Assembly (NCBI GenBank): GCA_039809385.1
Contig: JBDHUY010000012.1
Span: 1-64,000, forward strand
Source of the DNA: Candidatus Altimarinota bacterium
Lineage (GTDB): Bacteria > Patescibacteriota > Gracilibacteria > JBDHUY01
DNA: 64,000 nt
Reading direction: 5' to 3'
In this document: positions 9,909 to 17,818 of the stretch, piece after piece
How the letters are laid out: each line of letters starts with the position of its first letter
How positions within the stretch are numbered: position 1 is the first letter of the stretch
The notes under the pieces: generated by a model
Told to the model about the DNA's origin: nothing
Seen by the model: only the letters and a program-made list of their open reading frames with translations
The model's database searches: none
Translations under genes and position numbers: made by a program

Positions 9909-10595
9909 ATGTCGCTTCAACTCTTACGTGAAACACCGCCCCCTGCTTTCCTGATGCCGCGCGAAAAAATGGAACAGTTCGGGGTCGATGCGCTGAGCGA
10001 TGCCGAGCTGCTCTCGGTGTTGCTGGGTACCGGCTACAAGGGGCTCGGTGTGGCGGATCTGTCGAACCACTTATTGTCCCGTTTCGGGAATCGCGGATTG
10101 TTCCAGTTTCGTTCACTCGACCAGATCCGGCGCGAGACCGAACTTCCATTTGTGAAGTCATGTTTGTTGCTGGCGTTGTCCGAAATGGTACGGCGTCTGA
10201 CGCTGCGCGACGAAAGCCAGCTGAAATCTCCGCAGCAGGTATATGAGTATATGCGGGCGGAGTGTGCCCGTTCGACGTTTGAAAAGCTGTATGTGATTTG
10301 CGTGGATCACCAGCGGCGGGTGCTGTTTTGCGGACCCGTGGCGCAGGGGAAGCCGAATACGGTGCAGGTCAGTCTGGCGGCGGTGTTGCATCATCCGATC
10401 CGGCTAAATTCGCAAAATATCTATCTGGTGCACAATCATCCCCGCGGCGAGGTGCGGCCTTCGCCGGAGGATCTGGAGTTTACGCGGCTAGTCGAGCGCG
10501 AGGTGCGTACGTTTGGGATTACGCTGGACGATCATCTGATTCTGGGGGAGGATGCTTTTTTCAGTTTTGCGCAGGAGTCGCTGCTGGGGAAGTAA
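9909..10595 (+). CDS. radC: RadC (UPF0758) JAB-domain protein
   Basis: PREKM...ALSDAELLSVLLGTG; HNHPxG...PSxED...DHLI. Confidence 0.9.
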   Translation: MSLQLLRETPPPAFLMPREKMEQFGVDALSDAELLSVLLGTGYKGLGVADLSNHLLSRFGNRGLFQFRSLDQIRRETELPFVKSCLLLALSEMVRRLTLRDESQLKSPQQVYEYMRAECARSTFEKLYVICVDHQRRVLFCGPVAQGKPNTVQVSLAAVLHHPIRLNSQNIYLVHNHPRGEVRPSPEDLEFTRLVEREVRTFGITLDDHLILGEDAFFSFAQESLLGK

Positions 10596-10772
10596 TACCG
10601 CTTCGCAATAAAAAAGATAACCCGAGTCATTTCTTAAGCTTATTGTCAAAGCTTTTGACTCTCGTATAGCTTTGCAGTATTTATATGTTTTTTAAATGCA
10701 AATTGGTATAATATTTCGCGGGTATATTTGTCGGAAATGGCCGAATAGGGTATACTTTTTGGGTGGGTCGCA

Positions 10773-10801
10773 TTGACAGGCTCACAGCTCTTTGCTACGT
10801 T
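10773..10801 (+). promoter_or_regulatory. Putative promoter for the tRNA-Gln transcript
   Basis: TTGACA-17nt-TACGTT with extended -10 TG. Confidence 0.55.
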
Positions 10802-10940
10802 CGTTGTGCTCTGTCGGGGTGTGTGAGTAATGTCTTTCTCCCGAACTGGGAACTTCATCCATGGAGAGTGGTCCCGCCATCGGCGGGATAAGGCATTTCC
10901 AGGACAGATTTTCTCTTTCTCCAAACTCGCATCTCATCAA

Positions 10941-11015
10941 TGGGGAGTGGCCAAGCGGTAAGGCAGCGGACTTTGAATCCGCTATTCGGGGGTTCGAATC
11001 CCTCCTCCCCAGCCA
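10941..11015 (+). tRNA. tRNA-Gln(TTG)
   Basis: Acceptor TGGGGAG/CTCCCCA, anticodon arm GCGGA-CTTTGAA-TCCGC, T-loop GGTTCGAATCC, encoded CCA. Confidence 0.97.
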
Positions 11016-11045
11016 ACATGGTAAAAATCCCATACATGTTAGGTG

Positions 11046-11086
11046 TTAACATGTATTTAACGTGTATTTAACGTGTACTTAACATG
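11046..11086. repeat. 11-bp tandem repeat TTAACRTGTAY (three full copies and one partial)
   Basis: ttaacatgtat ttaacgtgtat ttaacgtgtac ttaacatg. Confidence 0.85.
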
Positions 11087-11281
11087 ATCCAGATCTATGC
11101 TATGTCCTGAGTAATGTTTCTCCTCTACTTCAAAATTATGCTTTAGTTTCTAATTGTTGTACTAGAGAAATGGCTTTAAAGAGGCATTTTACTGCCATCA
11201 CTAGTACATGTCTAGTACAATTCTATTTTACTCTTTGATCTTCTGAAAAGTAGCTGAGGTCAATAAGATAACAAAGCTAAA

Positions 11282-11632
11282 TTAAAAGTCAAAATGAAGC
11301 TTCAAATAAAGCTTTACATCCTTTAGTACCTTTTCTTCCATAGTCCCAATCCTCTTTACAAAACACTGCGGATCAAACGAAACAATACTATGAACTTTGA
11401 GTATAGAATCAGTAAAAAGCCGATTCTCCTTCGTTTTGCCCACTAATAGATCGTCCTGCAAACAGTTGGATATATTGGAGGTGATTGGAATGACTGTTAT
11501 GAGATTTGATTTTTTAATCTGCATATCAGATTCTACCACCAAAGCTGGTCGGCATTTTTGAAATTCATGCCCAGTACTGGGATCAAAATTAACAAGGTAA
11601 ATATGACCGTACAAAATTTCGCTTTTATTCAT
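11282..11632 (-). CDS. PemK/MazF family toxin
   Basis: GHIYLVNFDPSTGHEFQKCRPALVV...VIPITS; 4-nt ATGA overlap with the upstream antitoxin. Confidence 0.9.
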   Translation of the reverse strand: MNKSEILYGHIYLVNFDPSTGHEFQKCRPALVVESDMQIKKSNLITVIPITSNISNCLQDDLLVGKTKENRLFTDSILKVHSIVSFDPQCFVKRIGTMEEKVLKDVKLYLKLHFDF

Positions 11633-12471
11633 GAGAGGTTCTGATAATAATCATATTCCTGAGCCGATACTTCTCCGATTTCTTGAAGAATATCGTTTCC
11701 AGTGGCTTGGTAAAGCATCTCGTCATAATCCTTTCTGGCATACGGTAATGTGCGCTCGTACACCAGGTAATAATCTATAACATCTTTATCCTGGCTAAGT
11801 TTCCAGGGCATATCGCCATGAACATACTGCTCAATATGTGTAGCATTCATATCGGAGAGTCGTGCCAAAACGTCATTGATCGTAGCAATGAAAGGAATAA
11901 GTACTTTAATATCACTATCGGTTAAGGCGATATATCTTTTTTGAACTTTATTATAGTAGCTTTGGGTTATAATTGTCAGTTCACTGTTCTCTTTCATCAT
12001 TTCAATGACTTTCATATACTGGGCGGCATACGGTACAGGGCCATGCTGAAGTTTGACATATTGCATACCAGTGACAGGTTTTCCATACATCTCAAAATAG
12101 TCGAAGTCTATGAAATATAAGAGTTTGTACAATACTGTCTCGCCAACGTTCGGTTTTCCTCCGCATTTTTCAAGGATATACAGAATTAAATTACGCAGGA
12201 TATTTTGATTAAATTTAAAAGATGCACGCTGTTTTCTTGTTTTAATAAAAGTCTTTGCCGGTTCTTCTATTCTCAGCAAACTATCGGTCGATATGCCAAA
12301 GATCCCAGCTAGTTGGGACAATTCGAGTGCATCCACGCTGCGCCGACCTCGTTCAATATCCGAGATTGCAACGCGAGAAAGGTCGAGTTTTTGAGCAATC
12401 TCTTCTTGCGAAAATCCCAATGATTCTCGAAGATCTTTGATTTTCTGGCCAAGTTGGTACTGAGTGATCAT
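11629..12471 (-). CDS. XRE HTH + DUF4065 (Panacea/SocA-like) antitoxin
   Basis: N-terminal HTH_3 (SQEEIAQKLDLSRVAISDIERG); LYKLLYFIDF...HGPVP...H..PW. Confidence 0.85.
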   Translation of the reverse strand: MITQYQLGQKIKDLRESLGFSQEEIAQKLDLSRVAISDIERGRRSVDALELSQLAGIFGISTDSLLRIEEPAKTFIKTRKQRASFKFNQNILRNLILYILEKCGGKPNVGETVLYKLLYFIDFDYFEMYGKPVTGMQYVKLQHGPVPYAAQYMKVIEMMKENSELTIITQSYYNKVQKRYIALTDSDIKVLIPFIATINDVLARLSDMNATHIEQYVHGDMPWKLSQDKDVIDYYLVYERTLPYARKDYDEMLYQATGNDILQEIGEVSAQEYDYYQNLS

Positions 12472-12492
12472 GATATATCGTTATAGGCTACT

Positions 12493-12540
12493 ATAATAGC
12501 ATATGTCTGAAAAAATGACAAGATGTAAGAAAATAATACA
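12493..12540 (-). promoter_or_regulatory. Promoter plus two TGTM-N9-KACA operators of the XRE-Panacea/MazF operon
   Basis: Minus strand TTGTCA-17-TATTAT with extended TG; palindromes at 12504-12520 and 12524-12540. Confidence 0.6.
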
Positions 12541-12640
12541 ATCTGTATTGACGCCTATAGTCCAATTTGCCTAGTGTTAGGTTAGATTGCAACTATGTTT
12601 TTGACAATCTCGATTCAGCTACTTTAGTATATACCTAGCC

Positions 12641-12968
12641 TCGGCCAACGCTCTTAAGCTGATCGTTTTTCCGGTGAAGGATGTGGAGCAGGCGAAGGGG
12701 TTTTATACGGCGTTTTTGGGAGTGGAGCCGTATGTGGATGGTCTACTATGTGGGGTACAAGCTGGACGGGATGGAAGTAGGTCTGGATCCGAACGGTCAG
12801 GCGGTGGTGAGTTATATCGACGTGGAGGATATTCAGGCGAGCCTGAAAACTCTGCAGGAGGCCGGGGCGGAAGTGGTGATGGATCCTCGGGATGTGGGCG
12901 GTGGGCTCTTGATAGCGCAGGTAAGGATGGAGGGGAATGTGATGGGGGTGAGGCAGGGAAAGCGGTAG
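12641..12968 (+). pseudogene. VOC/glyoxalase family pseudogene
   Basis: N-part LKLIVFPVKDVEQAKGFYTAFLGVEPYVDG and C-part YYVGYKLDGMEVGLDP...DVGGGLLIA lie in different frames (shift near 12743); no ATG at the expected start. Confidence 0.8.
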
Positions 12969-13275
12969 AACTTTGAGTAATATCTTTCAGTTCTATAACA
13001 TTCTATAACCATAAGCCACTATCAAAATCCTATATTTAAGCCAATATATTGATGTTTCTATATCTTTTCTATAACATTTTCTATATAGAGTTTATATACT
13101 ATTTTCTATTGGTTGCTCTTACGAAAGCCGGTTTAAATTATTTTCTATATAAATCTCTATCTATTTTCTTAAATTATCCAATATTCTCCAGATTGAGGAT
13201 CTTAAAAAACCAGATAATTTACATATGTCAAGTAATTCCTTTTGTACTATTGACACAGGTATGATATTATTACAA

Positions 13276-13369
13276 AGCCTTAATTTAAGGCTGAAACAGG
13301 GGGATTTGCCTTTGGCTTATCCGGTGCCGGAGCTTTTCTAAAAGTTGTTGAGCTTATCAACAGCTTTTA
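13276..13369 (+). ncRNA. Candidate small structured RNA convergent on the DUF3800 operon
   Basis: TTGTAC-17-TATTAT with extended TG (13242-13270), then hairpins at 13276-13292, ~13302-13331 and 13339-13369 followed by a T tract. Confidence 0.45.
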
Positions 13370-13798
13370 TTTTATCCGACGTACAGAAGGAGATTTTTTA
13401 AATCTACCAATCTCATTATGATTTTTACGATAAGCGGTAATGATATAAAGATTCCCAGCATTTTCCTCCCCTAAAAAAACGCAAAATTTCTCATATGTGT
13501 ATATATAAACTCTCTCACTTCGCTTCTTACCACTATTATATTGTTCATAAACTTCGATATTCGAGACAGAGCACAAAATAATTTCCCGAATCCATAGCAT
13601 TCTTTTAGCTAACCAGATATCAAAATAAGGGGTTGCGCTTTTTTTGTCACGAAAGAAAATATGTCGAAAATGCCCTTCTTTGACCTTTACTATTTTTTGA
13701 TCATGGGTATAGAGGATCGAACTTACAAAATGTTGTTTGAATAAATCAAAGAATTTTTGTTCCGTAGTGGCCTCAACCAAAGGAAGTTTCTTGCTCAT
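13367..13798 (-). CDS. Hypothetical protein, possible BECR-fold (RelE/barnase-like) RNase
   Basis: 143 aa, basic; HFRHIF...KRMLWIREII...LYIITAY pattern; 4-nt overlap with the DUF3800 gene. Confidence 0.55.
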   Translation of the reverse strand: MSKKLPLVEATTEQKFFDLFKQHFVSSILYTHDQKIVKVKEGHFRHIFFRDKKSATPYFDIWLAKRMLWIREIILCSVSNIEVYEQYNSGKKRSERVYIYTYEKFCVFLGEENAGNLYIITAYRKNHNEIGRFKKSPSVRRIK

Positions 13799-14493
13799 TT
13801 ATTCCAGATCCAGAAAATATTAAACTTAGAATCATAGAGTTTTGAACCAAAACACAGATCCTGTTTACCTAATTTATTCGCAATGTATCGAATGAGCGAG
13901 TTTTTGAATAGGTTCTCCTTCTTATTTTTCTCATTAAAAGCGTAATTTACTGCTCCTGTAAAAAAATCACTTATTTGGATAAACACATTTTCCTTTGAAT
14001 CGTATTCTTGAATATGTTTTATATGAAATGGATTTTCGCGGCATTGGGCCTCATAATTCAGGAAGCTATTCAATGAGGAAATACGGGATTTATCTTTCTT
14101 TGGGCGTTTATCAATCAAGATATAGTATTCATTTTCATCTATCAGGTGCTTTTTAAGTAAAAAGTAGTAAAATTTGTAGAAAGATAATTCTTCATCATTT
14201 TGATGGAATGCCTCCAGATTTCTTTTTTCTTTATCAACAACAATTGCCCAAAAAGTCGCTTCTTTTTCCTTAAAAAAAATATCTATTACCTCTTTATAAA
14301 ATTTTTCAGTCATGGGAGACGATTTTCTCCACTTTATTTCCGAGTGAATTTTATATGTATTCTTTACTTGATTTATTGCGTCTTTGAATTCTGTCTTGAG
14401 AGTTCGGGGAAAAACAAAAGCACCGATCACAAAATATTTATTTTGTATATTAGTGACTGAGCTTTCATCGCAATAGACATTGAACTGCTTCAT
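13795..14493 (-). CDS. DUF3800 domain protein
   Basis: N-terminal VYCDES, central ILID, C-terminal DSK...IQISD (QxxD). Confidence 0.85.
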   Translation of the reverse strand: MKQFNVYCDESSVTNIQNKYFVIGAFVFPRTLKTEFKDAINQVKNTYKIHSEIKWRKSSPMTEKFYKEVIDIFFKEKEATFWAIVVDKEKRNLEAFHQNDEELSFYKFYYFLLKKHLIDENEYYILIDKRPKKDKSRISSLNSFLNYEAQCRENPFHIKHIQEYDSKENVFIQISDFFTGAVNYAFNEKNKKENLFKNSLIRYIANKLGKQDLCFGSKLYDSKFNIFWIWNK

Positions 14494-14518
14494 AAAAGTT
14501 TAAGTAATGTAATTTTCG

Positions 14519-14647
14519 TTAAATCCATTTCTTCGTCTTCTCCTCAATCTTCTCCATCAACTTCATCCTAGCTGTAGTATTTAGCAAGCCTTCTTTGAAT
14601 TCAAAGTTTTCGGATTCTTGCCAAGAAGGAGTTGCGAAAGAGTTCAT
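14519..14647 (-). CDS. Possible 42-aa small ORF, not in the ORF track
   Basis: MNSFATPSWQESENFEFKEGLLNTTARMKLMEKIEEKTKKWI; starts 4 nt after the hsdS stop. Confidence 0.4.
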   Translation of the reverse strand: MNSFATPSWQESENFEFKEGLLNTTARMKLMEKIEEKTKKWI

Positions 14648-14651
14648 AGAG

Positions 14652-16052
14652 TCAATCGATGGTTAACTTTTTTACTTCGTTGTCGATCCATTTTTCTGCG
14701 GTTTGTTCGTCTTTTTCAATTGCCATTTCGACGCCTTGTTTTGCGACTTCGAGGAGAGCTTTTGATAGGTTTTTGGTTGTGTACATTTGGGAAATTTTTT
14801 CTTTGATTGTATTTTGGGTATCTATACTAATCTTGGGCAATACTATTTTGCAAAACTCATCTTTTCCTATTGCGGTTAAGATGGTTCCTTTACAACCTCT
14901 TTTGAGTTGCATCTGTCCAACTTTGGTTTTGAGCAAAACCAAAAGCGTTTCAGAATTTATGTGATCTGAATTGATGACAAAGAAGCCTGTTGAGCAAAGT
15001 GCATTTTTCCAATCTTCTGTTATGAGTGCAATACTTTCTAAAGAGCCTTCAATTGATGAAACGATCACATCGCCTTTTTGCACTTTGCGACGTGCTCTGG
15101 ATGGTAATTCGTTTCCAAGACTTTCTGTATACCCAGTGATTTCACCGTTTGAGGCGATGTTGGCGAGTTCAATATATTTATAGTTCTCATTCTCTTTTGG
15201 TGTAAAATTTCTATCTTTGACTTGTACTAAGCCGCCTAGTTCATTAATTCCATATTTATACTTTTTTAAGATCTCAGTAAGTGCTTCGTACTTGGGTTGA
15301 AAGTAATCTGCGTCAAAGTGCTCTGCTTGTTCTGTATTGGAAAAGTTTTGGATAAAAGTAAGTTGGTGGTTTGGTTTCCAGTCTAAAAGTTCGAGTTCGG
15401 AAAGGAGTAGCTGTTCAGCTTGTAAATAAAAACTTTGAGATTTATGCATGTGGTCTATTGAACTCTCAAATAGTTTACCAAGCATTTCTTGAAACTTTTG
15501 ACTAAAAATAGGGATCTCAATATTTCGACCATCAGTAAGATTTAAATGCATCTGAATATTGCCAGTGAACCATCTTTTCATTTGTAAGAAGCCATATTGA
15601 GAGTTCAAAAATAATACTAGGTAGTGACTCTTTACTTCTGAGTCAGCTCTTAATTTTACGGCAATAGTATCTTGAGATACATTGCAATTTCTTAAGTTTA
15701 CGAATGAAGCAGCAGGATATGCTGTTTTTGAAAGAATTATATCTCCTCGATTTAAGGAAGTCTTTTTGTTATTAATATCCTCACTTTCTGGAATATGAAT
15801 AATATCATTTTCAGATATGATCATATTCTTTAGGTTACTAATTCTAACGAATGGAATACCACCTCTTTCCATATAACAACTTGCTTTTATATCAAAGATT
15901 CCTTTTACAAATAGTGAACATTCTTTTCGCAAAGTGGTAAATCTATGCTTTCTTATTTGCTCTTCTATATCAAAAAATAATGGCCAATAAGCTTCCGCAT
16001 CCAATCTCATATCACTCACTAAACTATTCTTATTTATAATTGAATATTGCAT
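14652..16052 (-). CDS. hsdS: Restriction-modification specificity subunit with two TRDs
   Basis: RLDAEAY and HFDADYFQPKY conserved spacers, GDIILSKT and GDVIVSSI motifs, IEIP/IVLP. Confidence 0.85.
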   Translation of the reverse strand: MQYSIINKNSLVSDMRLDAEAYWPLFFDIEEQIRKHRFTTLRKECSLFVKGIFDIKASCYMERGGIPFVRISNLKNMIISENDIIHIPESEDINNKKTSLNRGDIILSKTAYPAASFVNLRNCNVSQDTIAVKLRADSEVKSHYLVLFLNSQYGFLQMKRWFTGNIQMHLNLTDGRNIEIPIFSQKFQEMLGKLFESSIDHMHKSQSFYLQAEQLLLSELELLDWKPNHQLTFIQNFSNTEQAEHFDADYFQPKYEALTEILKKYKYGINELGGLVQVKDRNFTPKENENYKYIELANIASNGEITGYTESLGNELPSRARRKVQKGDVIVSSIEGSLESIALITEDWKNALCSTGFFVINSDHINSETLLVLLKTKVGQMQLKRGCKGTILTAIGKDEFCKIVLPKISIDTQNTIKEKISQMYTTKNLSKALLEVAKQGVEMAIEKDEQTAEKWIDNEVKKLTID

Positions 16053-16054
16053 AG

Positions 16055-17005
16055 TTATTTTGAATCTTTACTTTTTTGTAAAGAAGTTACGCCCTTGAGT
16101 TCACTTTCAATAATATTTGTTGCTGCAGTTCTAATTCCAACCAAAAGCTTCATCGCCTCTTTTACTTTCTGATCATCTTTATCTTTTGCTTCCCTCATTA
16201 ATCTTTCGAATGTATCCCACACTTTTTTATAATTCTCCATAACTGCGAAAAGCTCATTTTCTATTTCTGCATTGGCTCGTTCCACTTTTAACCCGATTTC
16301 GGATGCCTCCTTGAAGTCAATACAATATCCATGATCAGGATATCCAGTGACCAGTTTCTCTGCTATTTTTTGTATAACTTCATCACTATCTTTCTTGAAC
16401 ATTCTTGCTTTGAGCAATTTAAAAAGATAGTCTTTTCCAGTCTCCAAAGATTTTAAATGTTCTCCTAATTGTAACGGCGAAGGCAATTTTGCAGCTAATG
16501 TCTTTACAAGCTCTGCATGACCTTTCTTACTCTCGTCTGAAAGAAAATCCATCATGTGTTTAATAGCAAGAGGACTAAATCTTGGCCCACCGTCGATATC
16601 TCTAATTTGAGGATCCATTGGTCCTAGCTCTGAAATTTCTGAAAAAATGATTTTATCAGCTGCACTTGCAAGTAATGTTGCAGCGCTTTTTGCCTCTCTT
16701 AAAATATAAATATATAACTCTTCAGAAGCATAATCTTGTAGTAACCGACCAATATGAAACGCAGTGTGAGCATCACCTCCGTATGAGTAAAGAAGTACGT
16801 GCAATCGTTTTTGCTTCCCTATCTTCTTAAGGTCTGGAAAAACCTCAAACAAGACATCTTCATCTATACTCGTGAGAGGTGGAATAATTAAAGGATAGAT
16901 AAGACAATCAACTTTTTCTCTAAGTTTATTTAGAGAATTCTCAAACTCCTTTATCAAATCTTTTTTACTTTCTATCATTACCGGATTTTTAATGGGTTCT
17001 TTCAT
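16055..17005 (-). CDS. ClpP/crotonase-like serine protease (SDH_sah family)
   Basis: LLYSYGGD, AKSAATLLA (catalytic Ser), SELGPMDPQ, HGYCIDFKEA..IGLKV. Confidence 0.85.
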   Translation of the reverse strand: MKEPIKNPVMIESKKDLIKEFENSLNKLREKVDCLIYPLIIPPLTSIDEDVLFEVFPDLKKIGKQKRLHVLLYSYGGDAHTAFHIGRLLQDYASEELYIYILREAKSAATLLASAADKIIFSEISELGPMDPQIRDIDGGPRFSPLAIKHMMDFLSDESKKGHAELVKTLAAKLPSPLQLGEHLKSLETGKDYLFKLLKARMFKKDSDEVIQKIAEKLVTGYPDHGYCIDFKEASEIGLKVERANAEIENELFAVMENYKKVWDTFERLMREAKDKDDQKVKEAMKLLVGIRTAATNIIESELKGVTSLQKSKDSK

Positions 17006-17053
17006 AGGGTTTTTAATAAAAATAGCTTGATTATTTACGTTCTACCTAGATTA

Positions 17054-17815
17054 TCAAGGTTTAATAATAACTACAACATTCAAATGACCTCTACTACCGG
17101 ATAAATCTTTTACTAAACCCTCTGGATTTACAATGAATCCATGTGGATCATAAATAAAACATATCAAATTCTTACAGTCAGGATGACTTTTGTATCTTTC
17201 AATATCAACAATTAATTGATCACCAATCTCTTTATCTCTTAGCTTATTCCGAGTCATCTTAACTTCAATAACGGTTTCAATTTCTTTAATAATAATATCC
17301 ATTCTAGCTGATTTTCCAGCAGAGCTTGGCGTACATTCTTCTCTTCTAATATCCATAATTTTTATTTTTAATAATGCATGAACTAAATCCTGAACATCAT
17401 ACTCATCATTTATACTCAATGTAGGTCTATGGTCATATCTATTTCTTAGTTGCCTTTCTACATTATAAAAATTATGGAGTACTTCTAAAATAAAAGAAAA
17501 AAGGTCATTATTTACTGGTGTAGGTGCAAATTGTTGTACTTCATCCAGCATAGAAGTCAAAATCGCCTTTGCATCATCCAGTCCCGAACAATAAACTCCT
17601 TGATAATAAGAATCAGGCATCCCGGTAGATGTGACCATCGGAAAATAGTGTATATTATCAAAATCTTTTACTTGAGTTGAGTTTTCTTTAAAGACATTCT
17701 CTAATAGAGATCTCGTCTTTCTTTTCCAAGCCTTAAATTCGGGTGAAAAATATTTTGTCGCCTTAAGTTCTTCTATCTTATCGATTTGTTTTTGCAATAT
17801 AGTGATTCTATCCAT
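17054..17815 (-). CDS. PD-(D/E)XK nuclease domain protein (REase DpnII-MboI-like C-terminus)
   Basis: DEYDVQDL...REE...RMDII...IEVKM...QLIVDIERY...CFIYDP. Confidence 0.75.
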   Translation of the reverse strand: MDRITILQKQIDKIEELKATKYFSPEFKAWKRKTRSLLENVFKENSTQVKDFDNIHYFPMVTSTGMPDSYYQGVYCSGLDDAKAILTSMLDEVQQFAPTPVNNDLFSFILEVLHNFYNVERQLRNRYDHRPTLSINDEYDVQDLVHALLKIKIMDIRREECTPSSAGKSARMDIIIKEIETVIEVKMTRNKLRDKEIGDQLIVDIERYKSHPDCKNLICFIYDPHGFIVNPEGLVKDLSGSRGHLNVVVIIKP

Positions 17816-17818
17816 AAT

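Noticed and set aside
10646-11052. Short ORFs overlapping tRNA-Gln (likewise 46964-47304 over tRNA-Glu)
   Set aside because: Shadow translations of the tRNA genes and their leaders.
11046-11086. CRISPR array
   Set aside because: The repeats are 11 bp and contiguous with no spacers, and there are no cas genes in the window.
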